From NCBI RefSeq assembly GCF_003918875.1, contig NW_025765103.1, positions 1,984,001-2,048,000 of the forward strand: a DNA stretch of 64,000 nucleotides, given 5' to 3'. Both the position numbers and the translations under genes were made by a program. The notes beneath the pieces were generated by a model. It did not search any database and was not told the DNA's origin. It worked only from the letters and a program-made list of their open reading frames with translations. Origin of the DNA: Haliotis rubra. Its lineage: Eukaryota. Below, in pieces: positions 21,901-34,562 of this stretch (position 1 is the stretch's first letter; every line of letters starts with the position of its first letter).

Positions 21901-24900
21901 AAAATGCCAAAAATCTGTAAATAGCAAAAGGCAACACCTTAGCTTCTGTTTGATATATCTACTAATTTTTGTAGAAAAATATTGAACGGTTTTTGAGTTA
22001 TGCTCCGGAAACAAAATGACTACGGACAGACAAATGGACGAGGCATCGACTATATCTCCCCGCATTACATGCCGGGGTGGATAAAAAATTGTCACTGAAT
22101 TCTAACCTTTCAAGCTGTCAGGGTTGGGAAATCCATCTGCTTCTAGTTTAGGCTTTACAGTGGCGAGGAAGAGGTCCGGGAGCTGAAACATCCAGGACAC
22201 CAACTTACCAGTTGTAAAACAAGACTGACACATGAGGACAGTGGTCAAGTCCAGAATACAGATCCAGAAACACCTCTGCCTTTGCAAAATGTCATAGCCC
22301 CTTTACTGTTCATAAAAAACAGCAATATGGTTCTTAAAATTTGTTTCAGCTGCATATCCTGCAGCTTCCTCTTGCCAATATAATCATTACTATAGTACTG
22401 AAGATCCTATGACTGAGAGCAAATGTGGTATTAATCTGACAAACCAATACACAAGAAAGGAGCAAATACTTGAATTCAACTGAAAGTCACTAACCATGTC
22501 AGCTAGCCTCTCCGCATCTGCCAGCAGACACACGATCTGTCCGATTGTGATGGGGGGATTTGCAGGGGATGGAGATCTCTCTGGGGGGTTGTGGGGAAGA
22601 GGATCTCTGCAGGTCACCCACTCCATTCAGCCTCTCTAGGTTCCCCGTGGAGGACACTGTCCTTAGTTTTGTTGGCTTCTCCAGCTGAGACTCTTTCCTT
22701 CTTGCATGCTATCACAGAACAAAATTAATCAAATTCTAATCCTTGACATGTTTTCTCACATTCCTAATATCATTTCAGGTAATACTACCATTTGACAAAT
22801 TGTTAAATGAGAAACACAATTCAGTCCAAAAATGAAAAATGCTTGCCAAAAGTTTACACTACCGGTAAACTTCCTCAATCAAGTCTCAATCTTAATTTCC
22901 TTCTCCAGATCCGCTTCCACCTGCTAATCTTCCCGTACTCATAGCCACCCTCTCAACCTAACCATGCCTCCTGCACTCAAACCTGTCCTCAGCCTACCTA
23001 AACTATCCCACCCCATCCCTGACACCCCCAGCCCTCCACCCCAGTCAAATATCCCGCTTCCTCCACCCACCTCCTCTTCCAGCACTTCCTCCAGCCAGGC
23101 AGTGTAGCGAGACAGCATCTGCAGGTTGAGTTTTAAGAACCTGTGAGACAGTGAAGACAGGTACACACCATCTCGCCAACAGATCTGGAGCGAGTCCCAC
23201 AGGGAGGATGTTGACAGTAAGTGGAAACCATTAGCATTTTCTGAAAGAGATTGACATCTTTAGGAATAACTAGTGCTGTAACGATGCATCAAATTATCAA
23301 TGGACTGCAATTGTTGAGTCAATTAATCGATGGTAGAAACGAAAAACTATTGATGCATCGATGTGAATATCGATAATTTAGTAATTAACTTTCGTTGATA
23401 AATGCACAGTGCCAAATACAGGAAGTACCAGATTTGTTCACTTTGATTTAGAATTATCCGCCCCTATTACCTCTTAAACAAACATGGCGGCAAACATGGC
23501 ATGTGACTCAGAGTTTGAAATTGTGAACTTACAGTAAGTTTATGTTTTAACTGTTTACTTGATCTGGGTTCCAAGTTTCTTGTCAGTTATCAAAAGAGAC
23601 TGAAACTACTTCAACTTGATTATATAGAATAGAAAAGAATAATACTTTAATGCCTATTCAGGAATTTGTGTTACATCAGCAGAGCTACTGACACATCAGA
23701 GAGATACAAAACATATTTACATAAATTCATTGATTTAGGTGTCTTTACATTTGTTTAAGAGAGATATGGTACTTGGAATAAAGGATGTACTGGCTCTCTT
23801 AGTTTTCACAATTGGAACTTTGTGGCGGCGGCCTGAAGGGAGGAGGTTGTATTCCAAATTTAAGTAGTGAGTACGGTCAGATATAATTTTGACAGCTTGA
23901 TTCACGATTTGCCGCTCATATATTGATGATATGCATTCCATATAAACTATATATTCATTTGGGAAATGACTTCAAATGAGACGATTCAAGGAGAAAAAAA
24001 CTATTGCAATAGTATTGCAATAATTGGTCGCAATAGACTATCACTATCACAATAATATGTGGCAATAGACTATAGCTATCGCAATAGTTGTTTCCCTATC
24101 AATAGTCACCCCTAGGAATAACTGTTCTACATTACAATGCAATTACAGAGTCAAACATGACCTCAAGGTTTTCGCAGTGGTAAACAGTGGTTTACAACAC
24201 CAAACACAATTTGTGAGGTAGATATTCCATGTACATCATGGAATTTGTATGTAAAACAATCATGAATTTTAACCACTCAAAATCAACAAAAGCCACCTGT
24301 TAAAAGGATGCTTATAAATCAGTGATGATGAAACACTCTTCAGTTAAGTTAATGTTCTTGGAATGTCCGGGGCATAGATGCAAGCAGCTGAGGCTGCAGG
24401 CTTTCCACTATTTGAAGAACTTTAAGAACTGTAGGATCACATCAGTATAGTGGTATAAGAGAAGCATCAAACCTGGGGAGTTGTTGAATCCAGTCATCAG
24501 CGATGTTTCCAGAGACCCAGCTATTTCTTGGAACCTGCCAAATATTACAATGATCAGAGACATTTGATGTGTTGCTGCACATCATCTTCTCAATTGTCTT
24601 GCAAAAGTACAGCTTTTCACATTCCTTTCATTTGAACAATTCTGATTCTAAACTATTCTTATACAAATATAGCCCTAACTAACATTCCCTGACCCTCTAT
24701 ACACTGAAAATATACACCATAAATTTTACTTAAATATGTAAATGTGTTAATGATGCATCCTCAGTATGAGGACCTAGTAGCCAACCGTCAGTATTCTATG
24801 GTCAGTACAGCAACCCAAGTAATCAGCAGTATACCACAGTAGGCCTCCAGTAATCAGTACTCTATGCTCAGTATGATGACCCTAGTATACCACTGTAGGC

Positions 24901-27900
24901 CTCCAGTAATCAATACTCTGACCAATGCTCCAGTAATATGATGATAACAGTATACCACTGTAAGCCTCCAGGCCTCCAGCTCAGTAATCAAATCAATACT
25001 CTATGCTCAGTATGATGACCAGTACTCTATGCTCATGATGACCCAGTGTACCACTGTAGGCCTCCAGTAATCAATGCTCTATGCACACAGTGATGACCCC
25101 AGTACTCTACCTGATCTGGAAGTACACTGGGAGGCTCCACTTGGACATGTAGGTGTGGTAGCTGGAGTGTTCCCTCAGACGCTTCACACTGGCTTGAGAA
25201 CCACACATCCGCTCAAACTTTCCCAGGAAATCCATGCTTATCAAGTATTTCTGATCAGTTGGAGAAAGAAAAGAAAATATTTTCAGGAAGGAACAATCTT
25301 ATCATAGTTATCTTATAACTTCTCCACCAAAACATAATGACAATACATATGCAGGGCTCCAGATAAGGGCCGTATCAGCATATGTATGGACGAAAAATAT
25401 GCACGATACGGTAGGGAATAATTTAGAAAACGTAGCAGATACGAACCAGAGCAATGGTGTAAGACCTAAGAATCATTTACAGACGTATTTTATCTGAAAA
25501 GTATTGTTTTATTGTTCATTGACCTGTTTACACAAGAGTAGCAATGTTGTGGTGCATATATGAAACGAAACACAAGATTACTGATACTCCATTAATTTCC
25601 ATTCAGTACTCTAAATGTACTCCTACAGTTTTCCAGTACTCCTACATTGAAAAAGTAAGGAGTACGTACTCCTGATGTTGAAAAATTATCTGGAGCCCTG
25701 CATTTGTAATGGAGTGATTACCTCGTGGAAAACATTGGGGTTGCCTGGTGCAAATATGGAAGGAACCCGGGCCTCCAGGTTGCTCACAATCTCCGGCCAC
25801 ACCGAGTTGACCAGGAAGTCGTAGCCCCTCACTATCTCAGTAGTCCTGTAAACATCCACCATAGGACACCATGATATAACCAACCAAACACTAGATTTAC
25901 AGCTACTAATTCTTCATCATGGTGGATTTTTTTCACTACATCTCAGGCTACATTTGCAAATCTGCTCTGCCCTTGAAGACTTAAATATATAGTTATGTGA
26001 GAGGCAAAGCTTCTGTAACTTTGAAAAATCACTATTAAATTGTTTACTAGGTTGTATGTCATTTTCAACATACTGGGTTTGTCATTAATTGCAACATTAG
26101 TGTTGATGAAGCCTTAAAACCTTTTGCCACTGTTGGTTGAAGGTAGCTGTGTCTGATGATGAGTATAGGAGAATGTCATCACTGAAATAGAAAGACAAGA
26201 GACTTCTTACCCCGAACCTCCACTGGTGACATCCTTGAGTATCTTACACTTCTTGGGGATGAACTCGAGCACCTTGCCATAGAGCCCCTGGAGGCCCTGG
26301 CCACTGGAACGGATGAACTGTTCATTGATGAACTGAAAACAAACAATAGTGTGTGCAATATTTTATCCCCATAGGTGCCTCAAAACAGAAACAAGGTACT
26401 CGAGACCTATCTTCCCTGGAATCCCTACACAGTTTCAAACAGTGGCTGAAATGATCACATACATGACATAACAGAACAGATACCTCTTCCATGTACGGCT
26501 TCACAATATGAAGTTTAAAGAGATTCTCTGCATCCCTGGTCTTGTCAATGAGAGCGTAAGTCCTCAAACATTGGCGCAGGATGTCTGTGTTGCCGGACTC
26601 CAGTCCGTCCAGGAAGGATCCCTCCAGGCTGTACTGTAATGTTGTGGTGATGTTGGCTATCCTCTGCAACACAAACAGCAATCACTCTTCCTCTTTTAAA
26701 AACCTAATAATGCCTGATTTTACCAGGCTTCAGTGAAAATGTCCAGCAAATTTGTTCATCTGCAAAGTAAAGCACAAGCCTCACCTGGGGTAGATAAAAG
26801 GGACAGCAAGATATCTGGACACTGCTACAATTCCCTGATGTTTGTATGTCATTCTAACTTTCCTGAGCTAAAGCATTCAAATAATACTTTACTTTTTTCT
26901 CAGAGTACTTTTAAGTCCTTATCTTTCTTAAACAAGAGCCCATAAAGTCCAACTTCAATTCTATCACGATAATTTCTAAACTGAAACATTGACAATATCA
27001 GAAACACTTGTGAAGGCCTGCATCAAATAAACATTGTATAGCATAGTTCCAGCACCAAGAACACATGTTATGAAAGTATGCTGCAGAAGCAGGAAGCAGA
27101 CTTACAGGTCGGATCCTCTCCACCAACGGCAACCCCCTGCTCTTGGTGACATAGAACTGCAGCTTATTGAACTCAGTGGCCACTCTCTCGATCAGCTGAC
27201 CACTCAGCTGACTGCAACATACAACAGACATGAATCAGTTCATTGAATCAGATTACTAGGGTAAGAGGAACTATTGCAATACAACTGTGATAATGCACAA
27301 CACTGTATAGGAGGACTCAGAGGCTTCATGTTACGTACATCTCTACACTATTTTAGGGTCTCACTGAAAGGGAAGGGATATTTTGTTTGAGGAAAATTAT
27401 TACTTCAGTCAATGCATTGGGACCTACAATTATATTCTCTGAACAGATCAGCCAAACATTTCTAGACTAATTAAATCTATATTTCGGAACATGTAGCATG
27501 TCCAGCGAATTGTTTCAAAACTGTATTTGTATATATATAGTTCCCAGCATTTTCGTACAGACAAAATTCTTTAGAAATGATCATGTAACATCACGGTTAT
27601 GGGGTCCTAGTCATTAGAGTTAAAATACTGAAGTCCCTACATACAAATGCGAAATAAGCTTGTGTGAACACCTCCTGAATGTTATTGTTAATACTGAAAA
27701 GTAAAACATGAGAAAGATGACAATGTAGTTTTGGACAAAGAACAAGGTTTAACTATACAAGTTGGTCCTACCCTGGATGCTGGGAGTCTTCTCCTGACTC
27801 CGATCCCTGGATGCCGAGAAGACGTTCAATCTTCTCCACGGACTGGGTTATGTTCATCAAACGCTGCAAGCAGGCCTGGAAGTACCATGGTTACACTTCA

Positions 27901-30900
27901 TTACACATTTCTATTAGAAACATAAAATCATTAAAAACTGATACAGCTGGGCTCAATTTATCTGTATTAATTAAACCTGTGGAACTTATCATTGAACAAT
28001 GTAACCGAATAACAATTTCTATATGAAACAAGACATGTAAAAAAGGTTCAAACTTTTGCCTCCTGAATCCTTAGAAAGGTAGGATACTTTATGTTTGACA
28101 ACTTCTGTATCATATTTTGATGCGACATTTGGGTATAGATGCTTATACTGTGAGTGAGTGCCTGATCCTTACATGTCCACACAACCTGAACTCTGAAGAC
28201 ATTCAATATGTCAAAGCTTTATTATTTATTTATCATACCATACCATATCGCTAATCCCTGTTACGTGTAATTCATGGCACACTTTGAGATCCTAGACTTT
28301 ATGTATTTAGGCTAGATTATGCATCCAACAAACTAGTATTACTAGCTGTTTTTCTTAAAATATACTTCTGTATTCTCTGTGTTATTATATATTTTCTTTG
28401 TAATTCACCCAGATTGAGCTGCGACTACTTTACCTTCTTTTTCTGCACTTCCTGTTGTTTTCTAAGTTTATTTTCAACAGCTGCTATTGCTTCATCCATG
28501 GCAGATCTGACGCTCTGAAAGGAATGAATTCACAATCAGCAAACATTTATAAAGCATTCTGAAACAGTGCATTGTCACATAGAACAATTGCTGAGTGCGG
28601 CATAAAACTAAACTCACTCACTCACTCACATAGAACAAGCTCACACACATAACGTTACTATGGTTATCTGTACTCATTTAATGTCCTTGTGCAAAAAGGT
28701 ATATACATAATAAACATGATAAATACTAAGAAGTTACAGCTAGATTTCTCTTCATTGTTCATATTCAAACAATGACAAGGTAAGGGCTTGTCTGTGGATA
28801 CATAGCTGTAATTCATGAAACAATAATAACCAGTTATATAAATGCCAAAATCCTTACTTGAGTAGCAGTGTGTTGTCATTCAATTGTTTTTTTTCATCAT
28901 ATAACTTCTTCTATTCTAATTTCTACACAAACAATTAAAAAATCAGCAGAGGACGTAACATATGTATACGCGAGACGGTCCCCCATTATGCATACAGGTG
29001 CCTACCTGAGAGGGCATCAATAATACACTGTGCAGTGTTCATTCTTGCGCACGGCATCTTATCTTTTTCAATAATGATGCAAGGATCATCACCCACATAT
29101 GGTAGAAAGGTTCAATGTTTTCTTTTTCAAATGAATCTTATTTTCCACAACATGCATTAGTTTATGACATGGTTTAATTCCATTTCCGGTTGCAATTTGA
29201 CCCAAAGAAGAAATTCATAATTTTTTAGTGTGCTTTCAAATTCACCAAATGCAATTAGATGATAAATTGTAAATATTTCTAAACAAGCACCTTGGCAAGC
29301 CATGCTGACCACCAAGTACTTTGGGGAACCCTTTCAAACTGATCCTGCTTCCCCCAACTATTGTTCAAAATGATTTATGTTTTGGTCAATGATGAACACA
29401 AACTCTTGTTATTCAAAATAATAATTCAATTATATTGACATCCAGAACTAGACCAATTAATGGCAATATTTGTAATTGGTAATGAAAAACGCTCACATAC
29501 CAAGACCTCTTCCTTCAGCTGACCAAGGGGGACAGTCAGGTTGTTAATGGCTTTGTCCATTCCCACCTGAGGTTAAAACAACAAAATGCAACAATATCCA
29601 GACATATGGCCATGCAATCTGCTAAGAAAATTATGTTTCTATGCGAATATCTATTACCAAAGCAAACCATTTATACTTTTAGCTTAAATAAGAATAATAA
29701 TTTGTTTGCACCGAGTTGATATCACAGTTATAAAACTAACAACGTAACACCACTGTACTAATACTATGTCTTGTATTACAACGGATAGAGGACTGAACTG
29801 CACTGATGAGGTTAAATATAGCATCACTATTTTCCTGCTGGACCTATGTATGGCATAGTCTCCCAGGCTGAACTGTGGTGATTACAGATGGAAGACAACA
29901 GCATCATCACTTGCATATTCCCAGTTGAAGATTAATCAACACTATGAGTGTACCAACCAGGTTAGTTGAGAGGTTGACAAAGTCAGCATAGTCCTTGTTG
30001 ATGAGTTCTATCATAGCACTCTTAAGAATTTTGAGGTATATATTGAGATCATCTCGCAGTGTCTCCAGCTGAACATGTCGCCGACATTCGATGACGAACT
30101 GGTCCACATGGAACTCAGTCTGCAAAGACAAGGAAGAAACATGAAGGTACACATGGATTATCTGGGACACTCATCTGCCATGTTTGTTAATTGCTACTAA
30201 TAAAGCTGTGCATGACAACATCACTGTTTGAAAATTGGGTGATAAAAGCTCACAATAAGATGAAATATGACTTGATTTGCAATTGTACGGTTCAATATGA
30301 TTAAATCTGTAAATTGAATGTGATAGCAATAAAGAAAACAACCCATAAACGATTAACAATTTGACATCAACATCAGGATACATAGTGATATATAGTAACC
30401 AACTACGTAATGCACGAAACAAGGTGACGTCACATTCTGTGTGCACAAGAATGTGTGATGATTGCAAATCACTTCGGTAAATTAGCGTTTTATTCACGAG
30501 TGGAATATTAGGCATTTTCAATTTGCTGAAGCAGTGAATAAAATAATCAGTGAGTATACAAAATATAAACCTGCATTTAAAATATGATTTTCGGTGCACT
30601 TCCATCATTCATATCCATTAATCAAGGTTATGCGAGTTTATACCACATGGTACCCACTTGGTAAATACAAATACATTTACATACATTGCATAGGGCAATC
30701 CCCTTACTCCCTGTTATTTTAGCTAGGCAACATAAGAAGATGTCTGATGAACTTAGAACACGTAGAAAGGGATCCATAAATGTAACAGATTCAACCATAC
30801 ACTGCATGGGTATGTTAATTTAGTTCCACTTTCCATGTCAGGTTTAACAGTGGATGTGTCATTTCAGACGTAACGATAAACCATAACATTTCAAGCCTGT

Positions 30901-31170
30901 CATGTTCTATACAGTTGGTTCAATGACCTATGTATAATGCAGGGGACACATCACTAGCTCACTGTTGTACAATGATGCACTTTGTATGCGACGACGTGGA
31001 ATAAGTCACTCTTTCTATCGACATAACTTGAGACTAGACCTAATACACGCAAATATCGGGATATCCAATATGACTACCTTCATAAACTCTTCTTTGTCGA
31101 AACATAAGGACGAGGGGCCTGATGGAAGGGTGAACCCCTTTCCTGCGTCGACAGTCATGCTACCTGTCAT
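18906..31170 (-). CDS. COG2: Conserved oligomeric Golgi complex subunit 2 (18 coding exons)
   Basis: Exons on the minus strand: 31170-31078, 30119-29958, 29566-29501, 28514-28434, 27875-27772, 27211-27106, 26663-26484, 26332-26211, 25845-25722, 25250-25111, 24534-24473, 23240-23071, ~22709-22496, 22182-22107, 20662-20517, 20172-20036, 19611-19442, 19001-18906, all GT-AG. Motifs LCFDKEEF, LINKDYADFVNLSTNLVGMD, IFAPGNP, WSLPVYFQIRFQEIA, IPRLYRRTNR, DDDKIRQQL. Apparent frameshifts near 22600 and 19510. The start may be 31158. Confidence 0.95.
21433..22088 (-). mobile_element. Non-autonomous Helentron/HINE (pearl-like) element with internal tandem units
   Basis: One end AACAAGAG, the other a CCCCGCATTACATGCCGGGG hairpin followed by ATAAAAA. 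GACA-like microsatellite and about three internal units sharing AGACTAAGTCCAAA. Confidence 0.65.
23271..24114. mobile_element. hAT-type non-autonomous element carrying a LINE fragment
   Basis: TAG...CTA termini with exact 8-bp TSD GGAATAAC (23263-23270 and 24115-24122); subterminal ATCGAT/ATCGCAATA motifs. Confidence 0.85.
23620..23945 (-). mobile_element. 3' fragment of a Rex1/Babar-like LINE
   Basis: ORF2 C-terminus HYLNLEYNLLPSGRR...STSFIPSTISLLN followed by a short-repeat tail. Confidence 0.75.
24770..25110. repeat. Degenerate tandem repeat of about 50 bp abutting a COG2 donor site
   Basis: Recurrent CCACTGTAGGCCTCCAGTAATC and CTCTATGCTCAGTATGATGACC. Confidence 0.75.
25352..25700. mobile_element. 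MITE with 14-bp TIRs
   Basis: CAGGGCTCCAGATAA / TTATCTGGAGCCCTG, with flanks CATATG/CATTTG. Ends about 20 bp from the COG2 donor at 25721. Confidence 0.75.
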
Positions 31171-32580
31171 GAAACGTTCACAGTTAACTTCGCTTCCTGA
31201 AAGTTGTCTGCTACATGGCAATATGGCTGCGGATTGCTGCAATGCTACTTCCTGAACAACGTGTTTCCTACTGTAATTGATTAATATAGTTTTTATAGTT
31301 TTTCAGTACATATTTGCAAGATTTGTACCGAGAACTATATTCAAAATTAGAAACAAAATAATCTTTTATCCTACTGATTTCTACTATGGATGAAGAATTC
31401 AAAATCGGTCCGGTAAATGAAAGTATGTTTAGAATTGACATAGCAAGCAGTATAACTGTCAATACACGGAACATTCGGTTTTAAAAACGTGGAATCAAAA
31501 TCAGACAATTGCTTAAAAACGAACGATGACGATATTTGGAAATACAGAACTATTGTTCATATCACGTACGTGACACAAATCATAGTTTGTCACACATCAT
31601 AGTCTATCAGGCGTACATCTGCTAGGTGTTACACTTACAGTTAAATGTTTCACAAACAATGCTGCCTACCATTACTGATGGGAAAAGCAAAAATCATTCT
31701 AAAGATATTTTTAGTGATGATTGTTTGTACTAACAAACAACAAACAACAACAAATATAATCCTGAAAATGTCCTTTTGACTTTTGTCTCAAATCAGGGGT
31801 ATAAGGGACATACTATTAACAGGGATGCGCAAGGAGGAGAGAAGCTGAGTCTGGGTGGATCCCAACATATGCACAGGTGGCTTATCAATCACTGCTTTGC
31901 TTTGGGCCCTTTGCTTTAATCTAAATAGCGATATACCTGGACTGCATCCCGAACCACCTACTCAAAGCAGAAATTGCCGATACAACTAGTTAATTACTAC
32001 GTTGGTAAGTAGAAAACTCCGTGCTTAGTGCGATGTGGGACTTGAACATTTACACCTCTAAAATATTACCATTTCTTAGCAGATGTCAAGCAGGAGACTA
32101 TATGACGCCCTGTTGTAGATTATCCCTTTGTCAAGTTGACAGACTGACTACCGCACATGTTTCCAAGGGAACTGGACAATTTAAAGGGGTGGGAAGAATG
32201 TGAAGAAATGAAGAAAACTGATAAACCAGCTTAAATAAACAGGACTTTGAAAGTTTCATTCTCTGCGAGGTGAATTCGTTTTCAGTAATTGCTGTCATTT
32301 GCGTCTTTTGGTAATTTCTGGTTTTGCCCGATAGTATTTTCGTTTTGTCAAATTATATTATCTAATCTCTTGTTAGATATAGTTTGTACTAAAGTATGTT
32401 GAACAATCGTCATTCTAGATCATTCTTAATGATATACAATACACTAGTTATTCACATGTCTGACCGGCACTTTTACGACATCGGAAATGATTTCTGTTAG
32501 CCAGGGGAGCTAACTCGTTTCCTCGTTCGAAGTCTGTGTGCGTTTTGTTATTACATTTGTCAAGATTTTAAAGCCTCCCG
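31171..32580. promoter_or_regulatory. Divergent COG2/CCNK promoter region with putative non-coding CCNK exon 1 (about 32470-32579)
   Basis: Head-to-head gene orientation and raised CpG content at both ends. ETS-like CTTCCTG and CGGAAA motifs; GTAAGT donors at 32580 and 32600. Confidence 0.5.
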
Positions 32581-34562
32581 TAAGTATTTCTCTTTTCACG
32601 TAAGTTCTGTGTGTGAATATTTGTCCGACAAACAGCACGTTTTCCTCGTGACATGTTCTGGATTCGTAGGAAACAACAGCTATTCATTCAAAGGCAATTT
32701 TAGGGCACTGCTACTGCCAGTGCCATAACCGTGCTAATTCCTGACTCGGCAAAACGTCCCTGATCACAGCTAATTTGATCTGGTGAAAACAGCTGCTTTT
32801 TTCGAGCGAAAACGACACTCCTTATATATAATAATAATTTGAACGACATGACCATTGAATATACTCTGGGCATGGTTACCTTATTTACCAGGTTGTCTTG
32901 TTTATCCTTGTTTACATCTTGCTGAGAGGCCGTTTTAGCTGTAACCCCTGCAGGAAGGCAGCTGCCTTTTCTACAACCTGATTAGATTGTCAGATCCTTA
33001 GGGTGTCTTAGCGAGAAACTCAGTGTACGCAACATTGAGAAATAATGAACAAATGTAAAACCGTAACCTAAATTCGTGGATAACCTTGATTCGTGGAAAA
33101 CCTATTCGCAGTAATTATAATGCTAAGTTTGTATGACGTCACGAAGCGGTACTTTTGATGTACACACAATGCCACGCCTCGCTGACAAAAATTTCCGAAT
33201 CTCTGCCTTACATGTAAATACTCTAAATCTACAATGCCATCAGGTAATTCCGCGCACCTAAGCACATCGATCGCAACACGGCAACTAATGTCTCTTGCTG
33301 GTATCCATCATATTTATCTAGAAATATAAGTTTTATTGACAACTTTAAGATTCTAATGTTGCATTATGTCATACGGTTGACCTTACCGCCGTTCTGACGA
33401 CATCGCTTGCTGTCCAGTAATTCTGTGCAGCAACTGATGCGCATAACATCCAGCTGGAGATCCGAAGTGTGAAGCGTATTAGGGCCAGATTATTTTCAAA
33501 AATCACTTCATCAATGTAAGGAAGAGTGTTTCATATTAAATCCAATTATGAATAATGAAGAAAAAGTTTTAAAAGTCTGAAGAAAACGAATTTTCATAAA
33601 ACTGTCAATTTATCTGTCAATTTACTTACCTTTAGTGATTAAAAGCCAGTCCCTTGTAGAAATGTCCTGACTTGTCCTTCCTCAAGTTCTACAAAGCTTC
33701 AGTCAACCAAGAGGAGACATCTGCTTTTGATCGTGCCTTTTAAGAAAGTTCAAATGCAACATATGGTATATTTTGGATTACACTTTCTCAGTAAAGTACA
33801 GATTCTAATACTTGTTTGGGTTGAGTCTCTTAGACTGAGTAGGGCACCTTATCACTAGCATTTGACCATGGCTCTCCACAGTACCTGCTCCTGGGTGTCC
33901 ATTACAGCGGTGTGTTTCTGGAGGTCAGAGACAGTCTTTGCATCACAAGAAAGTATTAACAATAAAACTTTCAATATTTTTGAAACCTTTGTTGTTTTCC
34001 ATTGCTAAATTCCAACTTTATCACAGCGTCATGCATCTTCTCTTGTCCAAGCAATCAGGTGATCTGGGATCTACCTTTATGCCTAGTGTGGCATGAGTAC
34101 ACAACAATGTTTAAGAAAATAATAGAAATTTAATAATCCATGTGCAGTGCAATGGAACTTTATATACCGATTAACAAAAATAATTCCTGGGTCATATTTA
34201 TTCTTCTGTCTTTTTCTGAATTAGAGGAAAGATTGCATAAAGGGGATAGATTTGAATAAGTATACAGATGTCAGATAATGTCAGATACAAGTGTATTTGG
34301 TTATTGCTGTTTGGTGAAGAAGTCTTCAAAAGCCTGTTGCCATTTTCAGTGAAATGTTGTAGCTGCTTTCAGTCTTGTCATACAGCCTGACTACCAAGTG
34401 AGTTAAGTAGCTGCTTGATGCAAGTAATGGAATGTGAGGGCCTATACTTACCAGGGTCCTGATAAAGGATCTTGCCTATCATACACTCCTACTAACTATT
34501 GCTGGCATGCTTTTATCCAGGAGCAATGTGTTGGTAGGTGAAGTTTTTCTGTTGTTACAGAG

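Noticed and set aside
30965-31255. 96-aa plus-strand ORF and the longer 75-aa upstream start for COG2
   Set aside because: The plus ORF is antisense to COG2 exon 1, and the N-terminal extension has no support from COG2 homology.
31821-31950. U6atac-like GGAGAGAAG within a GGGATGC/GCATCCC-closed region
   Set aside because: Only a 9-nt match and a 7-bp stem; the rest of U6atac is absent.
34444-34470. U1 snRNA gene (ATACTTACC)
   Set aside because: Match limited to 9 nt; no U1 stem-loops or Sm site follow.
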